A stretch of DNA of 46,788 nucleotides from Candidatus Aminicenantes bacterium (GCA_050124775.1 JASFEP010000001.1:1-46788); one strand, 5' to 3'. Counted from the first letter of the stretch, positions 28,320 to 37,115 are shown. A program made the numbers and translations. The notes: generated by a model from the sequence alone, not told the origin.

Positions 28320-29195
28320 ATGATAACACGATCATGTCTCATGATTCTTTTGACCTTTGCCTTCTCAATAAATATTGCCAGTTCTGGCATTCCAGACTGG
28401 GAAAAACTGAAGGTCGAAGAAAAAGAGAAAATCGAGCGAACACTCCGCTTCCAGGATCTTTCCCAATCCAAAGAAGTCTGGGTCGATAACATTTTCGGCT
28501 CCATAACAGTCGAAGGATTCGATGGCCAGGCGGTCGAGCTCGTCGTCTACAAAACGATCAAAGCGCGGAATAAAGAAAAGATCCAGAAAGCTCGTGAGGA
28601 AGTAAAGCTCGATATCAAAGAGGAGAGCAACACCATTGACCTCTACGTCGACGGCCCTTTCAGGGACCGCGATGAAGGGGGACGGCACCGAGGCCGCTGG
28701 GACCCAGGATATCGCGTTCACTACGACTTCGCAATCAAAGTACCTCGGCAAACCAACCTCTCTCTCAAAACAGCAACCGATGGAAAGATCCGCGTTGAAA
28801 ATGTGGAAGGGGAGTTCGACATCAGACACGCCAACGGGGAAATCGACCTCATAGAAGTGGCAGGGTCAGGGAGCGCGCACACGGCCAACGGCGATGTGCG
28901 TGTGACCTTCAGCAAAAATCCTGCATCCGACTGCTCGTTCAAGACCGTGAACGGGGATGTCAAGGCCAGTTTCCCGGAAAACCTTTCAGCAGACTTCCGG
29001 CTCAAAACCTTTCATGGTGATGGGTATTCCGATTTCCCGATAACATATCTGCCGTCCAGGCCAGCGCAAAAAAGCCGTGAGGACGGAAAATTCGTCTACA
29101 AGAGCGACCGTTCTGTGGGCGTCCGGATCGACAAAGGCGGGCCCGAGATCTTAATGGATACCTTGAACGGCGACCTTTTGATCCAAAAAAGATAA
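28320..29195 (+). CDS. DUF4097-type beta-strand-repeat protein (putative adhesin-like), secreted
   Basis: Signal peptide and repeated xNGxI/V ladders (ANGEIDL, ANGDVRV, VNGDVKA, LNGDLLI). Confidence 0.7.
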   Translation: MITRSCLMILLTFAFSINIASSGIPDWEKLKVEEKEKIERTLRFQDLSQSKEVWVDNIFGSITVEGFDGQAVELVVYKTIKARNKEKIQKAREEVKLDIKEESNTIDLYVDGPFRDRDEGGRHRGRWDPGYRVHYDFAIKVPRQTNLSLKTATDGKIRVENVEGEFDIRHANGEIDLIEVAGSGSAHTANGDVRVTFSKNPASDCSFKTVNGDVKASFPENLSADFRLKTFHGDGYSDFPITYLPSRPAQKSREDGKFVYKSDRSVGVRIDKGGPEILMDTLNGDLLIQKR

Positions 29196-29208
29196 CAAGG
29201 AGGCAAAC

Positions 29209-30054
29209 ATGAAAAAATATCAAAATACGGCGATTCTGATCCTGTTCCTGTTTCTTGCAGGAACATTGGCATTCACCCAGGAAGGAAAGACCGACCGGGC
29301 CACAGTGCCTTTCAGCAATCCCTCTAAGCCGGGGTTTATCGAAGCTTCGGTCTACAATGGAAGCGTGATCGTCAGAGGATATGAAGGCAAAGAAGTCATC
29401 ATCGAAGCAAAGGTCCGAGAAAAACTCGTTTCGGAGGAAAGACAAGAGAGAGAGGATAAAAAGGCAAAGGGAATGCGCCGGATCTTGGGATCTTCAGGCA
29501 CCGGCCTGGAAGTCGAAGAAGAAGACAATGTCATGGAGATCGATGTGTCTTCAATGAAACAGACCGTAGACCTGACGATCCAGGTTCCCTTCAACACTTC
29601 GATGGAGATCGGCTCCTACAACAACGGGGAAGTTTTGATCGAAAATATCACCGGAGCTATAGAGGCCGACAACTACAATGGGACTGTAACTCTTAAAGGG
29701 ATATCCGGATCTGTGTTGGCGCACACATACAATGGTGCGGTAACCGTCATCTTTACAAAGATCGATCCCGACAAGCCTATGTCCTTCAGCACGTGGAACG
29801 GAGATGTCGATGTGACTTTCCCGGCCACGCTCAAAGCCAATGTCAAGATGAAGTCCGAGATGGGCGATGTCTACAGCGATTTTGATGTCCAGGTCAGGCA
29901 GACTCCGGAAAAAGTTGTCGAAGACGAACGCGAAGAAGGCGGAGGATACAAGATCAGTTTCGAGAAAGCCATTTACGGCTCCATCAATGGTGGCGGGCCT
30001 GAGTACCAGTTCAAAACCTACCACGGAGACATCTTTATCCGAAAGGCGAAATAG
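29209..30054 (+). CDS. DUF4097-type beta-strand-repeat protein, secreted (paralogue of the preceding gene)
   Basis: Signal peptide MKKYQNTAILILFLFLAGTLAFTQ. YNGSVIV, YNGTVTL, YNGAVTV, WNGDVDV and YHGDIFI ladders. AAGGAGG ribosome-binding site. Confidence 0.7.
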   Translation: MKKYQNTAILILFLFLAGTLAFTQEGKTDRATVPFSNPSKPGFIEASVYNGSVIVRGYEGKEVIIEAKVREKLVSEERQEREDKKAKGMRRILGSSGTGLEVEEEDNVMEIDVSSMKQTVDLTIQVPFNTSMEIGSYNNGEVLIENITGAIEADNYNGTVTLKGISGSVLAHTYNGAVTVIFTKIDPDKPMSFSTWNGDVDVTFPATLKANVKMKSEMGDVYSDFDVQVRQTPEKVVEDEREEGGGYKISFEKAIYGSINGGGPEYQFKTYHGDIFIRKAK

Positions 30055-30122
30055 CAGCGCACTCTCTTCTGACTACAGATGACCGGGTAATCGATTCTCC
30101 CTGACAGTAACGGAGAATAAAT

Positions 30123-30150
30123 GGGGCCTCGAAAGAGGCCCTTTTTTTTT
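30123..30150 (+). terminator. Rho-independent terminator of the ECF/DUF4097 operon
   Basis: GC stem gggcctc-gaaa-gaggccc followed by nine T. The T-run continues directly into a repeat-family 3' end fragment. Confidence 0.85.
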
Positions 30151-30224
30151 ATGAATGATTCATCTCACAGATGGATTATTCATTTAAATTTGGCAGCAGA
30201 TTTTATGAATGATTCATCTCACAG
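30147..30224 (+). repeat. Two head-to-tail repeat-family fragments: E0 (3' end only, 30147-30170) and E1 (54-bp mini-element, 30171-30224)
   Basis: E0 reads ttttatgaatgattcatctcacag. E1 is atggattattca joined to tttaaatttggcagcagattttatgaatgattcatctcacag. 39 nt of E1 are identical to the 3' end of E2 (30384-30422). Confidence 0.8.
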
Positions 30225-30423
30225 ATGGATTATTCACGAGTCGAGCTCGCTGCAGATGCAAGGCGTCGGCCCGTGAAGACGTGGTCGTCCACTTCGAAGG
30301 GGCCGCAACGAAGCAGATGCGGTGAGATCGGCTCGCCTGAAAGGGAAAAGATGCTGCCAATTCGATGAGAAAAGGTTTTAGAGTTTAAATTTGGCAGCAG
30401 ATTTTATGAATGATTCATCTCAG
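30225..30423 (+). repeat. Copy E2 (full length) of the TIR-bounded structured repeat family
   Basis: atggattattcacgag ... ggcgtcggcccgtgaagacg ... acgaagcagatgcggtgagatcggctcgcc ... hairpin 30346-30405 (tgctgccaa/ttggcagca, 30-nt loop) ... ttttatgaatgattcatctcag. The terminal tca (30420-30422) is the complement of the TGA stop of the convergent oxidoreductase gene. Confidence 0.85.
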
Positions 30424-33400
30424 GTGCGGCCCCGGAGATAATCCACCATCTTAGGCACAGCCAGAGGAACCAGATCGGGAAGCATGTGGGGCATCAGGTT
30501 GTCCATCACCTTGGGCATCATATCCGGCATTTGCTCTTCCATATAATCGGGCATCGGGACCCGGTCTGCCACCCGCGATAGCATCGTGGGCATTACCTTG
30601 GGCATCATCCCGGGGAGCAGTTTGGGGAAAAGGATCGGGAACACAGGCTTCATGAGTGCGAACATCGCATCCCCCACAAACCCCATCTTTCCGATGATAC
30701 GCATCATCTTTCCCATCCCCATGGGCATGGCATCCAGCATCTCGGGCCACATGGTATCCATCAATTCAGCGAATCCTTTGGGCGTCATGAGGTCTATCAT
30801 TCCTTCGAACACGGCCCATTGTTTGGTGACTTCGGGGCTGGGGTCCTCGAACTCTTTACCGAGCCCTTTACAGGCAAACGCGGCCAGGTCTCCGATCTCG
30901 ACGGGAACATTTTTTTTGTCTTTCGTCACTCTGAGCTGAAATTCACAGCAAGGACACAGGCCCAAAACCGTTTCGGCATTGACATCCACAGCTTCGGACA
31001 GTCGGGATTCTCCGATATCCGCGGCGATTGGGGGTTCTTTGATCAGGGTGAGAACGCTTCCGCAACAGTGGCCCTCTTCGCGGTTGTGGGCCATCTCTTC
31101 GAATTCGACTCCGGGGATGGCCCTGATCAATTCCCTGGGTTCTTCATATACACCGGAAACGCGCCCGATATGGCAGGAATCGTGCCAGGTGACCTTTTTG
31201 TTTATGGGGTGTGTAAATTCAAATTCCCCGCTTTTGATCTTTTCGGCCACCACTTCGCTGTAATGTTTGGCTGTAATGTTGTATTCCATCCCCAGTTTCT
31301 TGGCCCAGTCGGCATAGGTGTGCCTCCACATCATGTCGCAGGCCGGACAGGATGAGATCACGGTGTCGGCACCGATGGACTTAACAGCCTCGATGTTCTT
31401 TCTCATGATCGTCTCGAATGTATCCCACTTTCCGGCAACGAGCATGGGCGTTCCGCAGCAATTCTCTATGTTTCCGAGATAAGAAAAATCGATACCCGCG
31501 GCATCGAGAAGAGTGGCGGTGGCCTTGCCGATGTCATTCTCCACATAAGAGGCTGTACATCCCACAAAATAGGCGTTCTTGCTCTTGGTGCCGGGTCCGT
31601 GTTTTTCCTTGAGCTCTTGGGGGAACCAATCGGAGCGGTTTTTCCTGTAACCTGCCCAGATGTTCCCCTCGGCATTGAGGGCCGCATCCATCATCTCGAA
31701 GGGGGGAAAGGTCATCTTTTTGTCTTCATGGATGAGTTTGCCGCGGAGTTTCATCCAGGAGGGTTCGATGGGAAGGGCAGCCGAACAGCGGAGATTGCAG
31801 AACTCACACGTGGTGCACACGATCATAGTGTCCACCATGAACTGGTTCCATTCCTCCCGGCCTTCCATGTATTCTCTTAGCCAATACCACTTTCCTCGCG
31901 GCGATTGGCTCTCCCAACCGCGGCCGAAGAACTGGTCGCACTCGTCGAGACAGTACCCGCACTGGGAGCACCCGTACGCATACCAGGCCACATCGGGAGG
32001 GATACCGCGGACCGGTTTTTCGAACCGTTCTCCGACTTTGGTGACCACGCTGTTACCGAAGGGCCGTGCCAGGGGCTCGAAGATTCCGAAAAATTTCACG
32101 GCTCTGGAAACAAGATTTCCTGCCATAACTTTGGCCGGATTCAGAACCTTTCTGGGATCGACCTTCTTTTTAAGGGCTTTGAGTCTCTGTGTGCGGTCTT
32201 TCCCCATGATGCTTTCGATCTTGGTGGTGAAATACAATCCTGTTGAGTAAGGGCGCCCGCCATGTTTTTTAGCGATCTTCATGATCGTCAGCACGAGCCC
32301 GAACACAAAATTGTAGGAGAACTTTCTCTGGTCGCTGGGAATAAATCCGAGGATGACGACCTCGGGTTGCCCATCCTGTCCCTTTTTAATGATAACACCT
32401 TCCTTGACGACCGGTTGGTTCACCTTGTCTTCGATCTCCTCCATCACATTTCCCAGCTTGTCGAGGGGAACGACAACTTCTGCGGGAACGAGAGAAGGCC
32501 CCAGCCTTTTTACGATCATGAGTTTGAACCTGTTATCCCATTCATGGTCAGCGATTTCCTGCTTGAGGATCTCGCCTTCGCAGCGCTTCACGATCTCAGA
32601 CAATTTGGGAACGATCTTGTCCCTGTCGGCCTCGCGGAAGGCGATCGTCGCGATATAAGCGGCCGGCAGAATAACCTTATGCTCGACAGGATGACCGAGG
32701 TGTGTCATCACAGGAGCCCGGTTTTTCATCTCGGCCATTCGGGGATTGATAAAAACAAGGGACCAGATCGGAAGGTCCTGCTCGATGAACTCCGCGAAGA
32801 TCCGCGAGAGTTTATGGGCATCTGGGCAGGCGATGGCCGCAACGCCGATATCGGACAACTTCTGGAGCCGGATGGTCATCTGACTGATAAAGCCCGTGGT
32901 GCCTTCGGCGTCAGCGATCATGTCCAGCTCATCTCCGGAATACTCTTTGACCGATCCATCGGGACGAACGACTCTGGCGCTCTCCACATTTTCCGAGAAC
33001 CAGCCATACTCGTAGGATCCGAGCCCCGCACCTCCTTGAGCCAGCCATCCGCCGGCCGAAGAGGACGGATAGCTTGTGGGATAAAGCCTGAGCGTCAATC
33101 CTTCGGGCTTGATTTTCTTATCGAGTTGCTCCCAGGTAATACCGGGCTGGACAGTGACTTTTTCTTCGTCTTTGTCTACGGAAACAACGTCCTTCATCCG
33201 GTAAAAATCGACAACGATCCCCTTTCGGGCCGGAATGATCCCGCCGTATCCAGACGATCCCTTTCCCCGAGGTGTCAGAGGGATCCTGTGTTCATTCGCC
33301 CAAAGGATCAACTCTATGAGTTCTTCTTCGCTCTGTGGCTGAACGACAGCATCGGGTACGGTATTTCCGATCAGCGGCTTAAAAACGCTGGCAATCGCCG

Positions 33401-33503
33401 CAATATCATGGGAGTAGAGCAACCGTTCCACACGGTTGAAATTCACCCTCTCGCCGAATTTTTCCCTCAGCCACTCCTGATTCTTTTTCGAAAGCTTAGC
33501 CAT
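30420..33503 (-). CDS. FAD-binding oxidase fused to a 2x[4Fe-4S] + 2xCCG (GlpC/HdrD-like) domain (YdiJ-like architecture), with a Met/Pro-rich C-terminal tail
   Basis: FAD_binding_4-like N-terminus (PRGKGSSGYGG). Ferredoxin motifs CSQCGYCLDEC and CTTCEFCNLRC. CCG motifs (NCCGTP, HCCGSV). The second ATG at 33503 sits 7 nt after AGGAGG, while the track ATG at 33509 sits 1 nt after it. Confidence 0.8.
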   Translation of the reverse strand: MAKLSKKNQEWLREKFGERVNFNRVERLLYSHDIAAIASVFKPLIGNTVPDAVVQPQSEEELIELILWANEHRIPLTPRGKGSSGYGGIIPARKGIVVDFYRMKDVVSVDKDEEKVTVQPGITWEQLDKKIKPEGLTLRLYPTSYPSSSAGGWLAQGGAGLGSYEYGWFSENVESARVVRPDGSVKEYSGDELDMIADAEGTTGFISQMTIRLQKLSDIGVAAIACPDAHKLSRIFAEFIEQDLPIWSLVFINPRMAEMKNRAPVMTHLGHPVEHKVILPAAYIATIAFREADRDKIVPKLSEIVKRCEGEILKQEIADHEWDNRFKLMIVKRLGPSLVPAEVVVPLDKLGNVMEEIEDKVNQPVVKEGVIIKKGQDGQPEVVILGFIPSDQRKFSYNFVFGLVLTIMKIAKKHGGRPYSTGLYFTTKIESIMGKDRTQRLKALKKKVDPRKVLNPAKVMAGNLVSRAVKFFGIFEPLARPFGNSVVTKVGERFEKPVRGIPPDVAWYAYGCSQCGYCLDECDQFFGRGWESQSPRGKWYWLREYMEGREEWNQFMVDTMIVCTTCEFCNLRCSAALPIEPSWMKLRGKLIHEDKKMTFPPFEMMDAALNAEGNIWAGYRKNRSDWFPQELKEKHGPGTKSKNAYFVGCTASYVENDIGKATATLLDAAGIDFSYLGNIENCCGTPMLVAGKWDTFETIMRKNIEAVKSIGADTVISSCPACDMMWRHTYADWAKKLGMEYNITAKHYSEVVAEKIKSGEFEFTHPINKKVTWHDSCHIGRVSGVYEEPRELIRAIPGVEFEEMAHNREEGHCCGSVLTLIKEPPIAADIGESRLSEAVDVNAETVLGLCPCCEFQLRVTKDKKNVPVEIGDLAAFACKGLGKEFEDPSPEVTKQWAVFEGMIDLMTPKGFAELMDTMWPEMLDAMPMGMGKMMRIIGKMGFVGDAMFALMKPVFPILFPKLLPGMMPKVMPTMLSRVADRVPMPDYMEEQMPDMMPKVMDNLMPHMLPDLVPLAVPKMVDYLRGRT

Positions 33504-33684
33504 GTCCATCCCTCCTGACAGATTTCATTTCTGATCAAACGTTGTTTTTTCTCAAACGAACTTATATATTCGAATATTAGAATACACTATTTTAATAGAT
33601 TCTATAAATATTATCAACTTTTAATCAGTATCGTCAGGCCCTTCAGAGCCGTGGTTATACAAGTTCTCGCATTCGGACCGTCAT

Positions 33685-35073
33685 TCAGCGCGGAGTTGGG
33701 GATGCTTCCTCAAGGTCGTGGATGCGAAGAGCATTATCACGTATGATCAATTTCGCGATAAGCACGGCTTTGTCTTCGTCGATTCGTTTCCTCTCGATGA
33801 GTCGCGAGAGTGCTTTATAGAGTGCCTGCCTTGAGTTCTTTGCAGCGATCCAAAAAAAAACGGGGGCTCCCGCATCGCTCCCGAACATGATCTTTTCCGC
33901 AGCACCGGGATAGGAGAGCCAATCGAAGAGGATATCGGCCAGTTCATCATCGAAGACCATCCAATTCGCCGCAGAAAACTCCACGAACACATTGCGCTTC
34001 TCCAGCATGGGCTTGATCTTGTCGCCGAAGGGGTAGCCGGTGTGCAGCATCACGAATCGCGTATCCTTGAAGCGCATATCGGAAAAAACGCTCTCAAGAT
34101 TCAGGGGATTCGAATCCTGATTTCTGAGCGTGGCTGTGGCGCCAAATCCTGTATGGAAATGGACTGGAAGGTCAAGCTCTGCCGCTTTGAGAAAGATCCA
34201 CCTCGCTAAATAATCCTGTACTTTTTTATAATCCGTCCAGCTTCTCAGTTTTCTATCGATCCCCTCAGCGAAAAGGGCAGCTGCCTCCGCTTTTTCCACC
34301 GGATCGAACCAGAGAGTACGGATGTAGGCGGAAGCGACCTTTAAAGCAACAGCCTTTTCTTTTTTGTAATCGGCAAGGACGCAGCCTATCAGACCGAGAT
34401 GAGACGCAAGATCCTTGATCCGGATTCCATACTCCCGGGCGAGTTCAGCGTTCTCCGCAGAGTACGCCTTAAGGGCTCTTTTTAATCCCGGGTCAATGGA
34501 TCTCATCTCCGATGGATCCAAGGGGTAGAAAAGCCCGTCCACAAAAGGAACCCATAGAACGCGTTTTTCATCGGCAGCCTCAAGGGGACGTCCTGTGTTG
34601 GCCAGCACACGCTCGATCCCTGACAGGTCGAGGATCCTGTTGAAGGTCTCTTTTTTGCCTTGCTCCCACATCTCTTTGGACAACCTCTCCAGGTGAGGAA
34701 TATCCGCATCTCCGACATCATTCTTTTCATACCCATAGATTTCTCTCAGTGCAGCGGGTTGAAATGTGTCGAAAACCGCGATCCGCCGCTCTGGAATGGG
34801 CCAGTAAGACCGCCCGATCAAAGGTTCAAGGGTGGGGTAAGGGTCTCGATCTGAATAGGGACGATGGCCCAGGACCGGATGGGCATGAACATCGATAAAC
34901 GGTGTCCGCTCGATGACATCCAATAGCTGGTTGTAGACGGGGGGAGTGTTTTCGCAAGAGAGGGAAGAAAAAATTAAAACGACGCAGAGGGAAAGCCCGA
35001 CGAGGCTTGCAGGGCAACTTTTCATCGACACTCTTTTTTTCAATAAAAACTTTTCATGAAAAGGAATCTCCAT
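33685..35073 (-). CDS. Amidohydrolase-superfamily (Amidohydro_2-like metal-dependent hydrolase) protein, probable lipoprotein
   Basis: FIDVHAHP metal-binding motif and later HTGF/H..D blocks. Lipobox-like VVLIFSSLSC. ATG-35073 is coupled to the upstream stop (TAAtATG). ATG-35025 is an alternative start. Confidence 0.65.
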   Translation of the reverse strand: MEIPFHEKFLLKKRVSMKSCPASLVGLSLCVVLIFSSLSCENTPPVYNQLLDVIERTPFIDVHAHPVLGHRPYSDRDPYPTLEPLIGRSYWPIPERRIAVFDTFQPAALREIYGYEKNDVGDADIPHLERLSKEMWEQGKKETFNRILDLSGIERVLANTGRPLEAADEKRVLWVPFVDGLFYPLDPSEMRSIDPGLKRALKAYSAENAELAREYGIRIKDLASHLGLIGCVLADYKKEKAVALKVASAYIRTLWFDPVEKAEAAALFAEGIDRKLRSWTDYKKVQDYLARWIFLKAAELDLPVHFHTGFGATATLRNQDSNPLNLESVFSDMRFKDTRFVMLHTGYPFGDKIKPMLEKRNVFVEFSAANWMVFDDELADILFDWLSYPGAAEKIMFGSDAGAPVFFWIAAKNSRQALYKALSRLIERKRIDEDKAVLIAKLIIRDNALRIHDLEEASPTPR

Positions 35074-35074
35074 A

Positions 35075-36184
35075 TTATCCTGAAAAGATCTCGTGTTTTA
35101 ACGTAGCCTTTCGGATCCTTATATCCTGAGGATTCACACCGATTCCGGGCGATTGGGGCACTGCAATCGTCCCGCGTTCTGATATCTCGACGGGAGGTTC
35201 GATCAAGTCCTGTTCGTAGTATCTTTTGCTGGCACTCAAGTCATTGGGAAGGGCGAAATTGGATAGGGTGGCGAGGTGGATGTTGTGGGCCCTGCCTATA
35301 CCTGATTCCAGCATCCCGCCGCACCAAACGGGAACGTTCTTCTGGCGGCAAAAATCATGGATCTTGATCGCTTCTACGATCCCGCCCACTCGCCCGACTT
35401 TGATGTTTACGATGCGGCAGCTTCCCATGTCCAGAGCCTTCCGGACCGAATCTTGAGAGATGGCGCTCTCGTCCAGACAGAGAGGCGTTTTCATCTCCAT
35501 CTGCAGACGGCTGTGGTCCCATAGGTCATAGGGAGGAAAGGGCTGCTCGATCATCAACAGGTCAAAATCATCGAGCCTTTTCAGAGTGTCCTTATCTTTG
35601 AGGGTGTAAGCGCCGTTGGCATCCACCTGGAGGGGAATATCGGGAAATTCGTTGCGTACCTCCTCACACACGCCCACATCCCAGCCCGGTTTGATCTTGA
35701 TCTTGATCCTCCGGTATCCCTCATCGAGGAATGTGTGCAGCCTCTCCAGCAGTTCCGCAACCGAATCTTGGATCCCCACACTCACGCCAGCGGATATTTC
35801 CTGTTTCTCGCCCCCATAGATCTTCCAGAGAGGTTGACCTTTGGCCTTAGCAAAGAGATCCCAGAGTGCCAATTCCAGACCGGCTTTGGCCATCGGATGA
35901 CCCTTGAAGACATGCACCCTTTCATAAAAATTTCTGGGATCAGCGATGCCGGACTCAAATACAGATGGGATTAAAAATTCCTTGAGCACGGTCCAGGCCG
36001 TGGATGTGGTTTCGTAGCTGTAAAGAGGAATGCGGTCGGCGACGATCTCCCCATACCCGAATTCTCCGCCAGAGAACACCTTGACGAGTACGAATGTCCG
36101 GCTCTCCTCCCGGCCGAAACTCGTCTCGAAGTAGTGAACATAAGGCATTTCCAGGAGCGACAGTTCGATCCTTTCGATTTTCAC
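35075..36184 (-). CDS. Enolase-superfamily enzyme, o-succinylbenzoate synthase / N-acylamino-acid racemase subgroup
   Basis: MKIERIELSLLEMPYVHYFETSFG..., KIKIKPGWD, LQVDANGAY, MIEQP and CLDES match the MR/MLE fold with KxK and D-E-D metal ligands of the OSBS/NAAAR type. GTG start with AGGAG 10 nt upstream. Confidence 0.8.
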   Translation of the reverse strand: MKIERIELSLLEMPYVHYFETSFGREESRTFVLVKVFSGGEFGYGEIVADRIPLYSYETTSTAWTVLKEFLIPSVFESGIADPRNFYERVHVFKGHPMAKAGLELALWDLFAKAKGQPLWKIYGGEKQEISAGVSVGIQDSVAELLERLHTFLDEGYRRIKIKIKPGWDVGVCEEVRNEFPDIPLQVDANGAYTLKDKDTLKRLDDFDLLMIEQPFPPYDLWDHSRLQMEMKTPLCLDESAISQDSVRKALDMGSCRIVNIKVGRVGGIVEAIKIHDFCRQKNVPVWCGGMLESGIGRAHNIHLATLSNFALPNDLSASKRYYEQDLIEPPVEISERGTIAVPQSPGIGVNPQDIRIRKATLKHEIFSG

Positions 36185-36264
36185 CTTACAGTTTCTCCTG
36201 AAATGAAAGTCAATCGACCTTAAGAATTGTATACAAATAAAAAGGCACTGTCACCTTTTAAATC

Positions 36265-36351
36265 CGAATTATTCACGGGCCGATATCGCAGCAAAGGTGA
36301 GGCAGTGGCCCCTGAAGATGGTGTGAACTCCCTTTTTTATGAATAATTCAG
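36265..36351 (+). repeat. Copy F (87-bp internally deleted derivative) of the TIR-bounded repeat family
   Basis: cgaattattcacggg...ggtgaggcagtggcccctgaagatggtgtgaactccc is near-identical to copy B 16917-16954 (2 mismatches) and is joined directly to ttttttatgaataattcag. The terminal tca (36348-36350) is the complement of the GT2 gene's TGA stop. Confidence 0.8.
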
Positions 36352-37115
36352 TAGGGGAAGATCCGTTCGCCCTTCTTCCATATCTCCTTCAACTTCGCAT
36401 AACGGACGAACACGGAGTAACCGTGAAGAGTCGCTACCACAAAACCCGCAAAGCCATCCAGGATCCCCGCTCTCCAGATATAGGACTTGAAGAAGTTCAG
36501 AAAGGGGACGACTGCCAGATGATACCAGCGGCATTTTTTCTTTTTTGCATACAATTTTTGCGCGCCCAGGTCAGAAAAGGTATTGATGCGCTCCAGATGA
36601 TCCCGGATACTCCGGTAGGTGAAATGATGAAGGGATCCCTTGAGAGGAACGACCTTTCCTTGGATGACCAGGGATTCGTGTATGTACTCTCCCTCCCAGC
36701 GGGCGCTCGACTTCCGGAAGAGCCGCAGTTTTCTGTCCGGATACCAGCCACCGTGACGGATCCATCGGCCCAGGTAGTATGTCTGTCGCGGCATCGTGAA
36801 ACCGGAACATTCCGGTTCCCCCTCTTTGAGCGCGATGATCTCTTCCTTGAGCTCGGGGGAAACCCTCTCATCGGCATCTAGAGAGAGAATCCAGGGATAG
36901 GATGTTTTGCTGTTCCCGAAATTTTTCTGGTCGGCAAAATTGGTCCATTTTCTCTGGAAAACAAGGTCCGTATATTTTTTTGCGACCTTTACCGTATCGT
37001 CGTCGCTGAAACGGTCGACCACTACGATCTCGGAGGCGATATCGGCGACGCTTTTGAGAGCCGCCTCCAGCCTTCTCTCTTCGTTGTAGGTTATGATAAC
37101 AACAGAGACATCCAT
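36348..37115 (-). CDS. Family-2 glycosyltransferase
   Basis: VSVVIITYNEERRL, VVVDRFSDDDT and LSLDADERV (DxD) match GT-A/GT2. ATG-37115 is used because the track start is GTG-37124. Confidence 0.85.
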   Translation of the reverse strand: MDVSVVIITYNEERRLEAALKSVADIASEIVVVDRFSDDDTVKVAKKYTDLVFQRKWTNFADQKNFGNSKTSYPWILSLDADERVSPELKEEIIALKEGEPECSGFTMPRQTYYLGRWIRHGGWYPDRKLRLFRKSSARWEGEYIHESLVIQGKVVPLKGSLHHFTYRSIRDHLERINTFSDLGAQKLYAKKKKCRWYHLAVVPFLNFFKSYIWRAGILDGFAGFVVATLHGYSVFVRYAKLKEIWKKGERIFPY

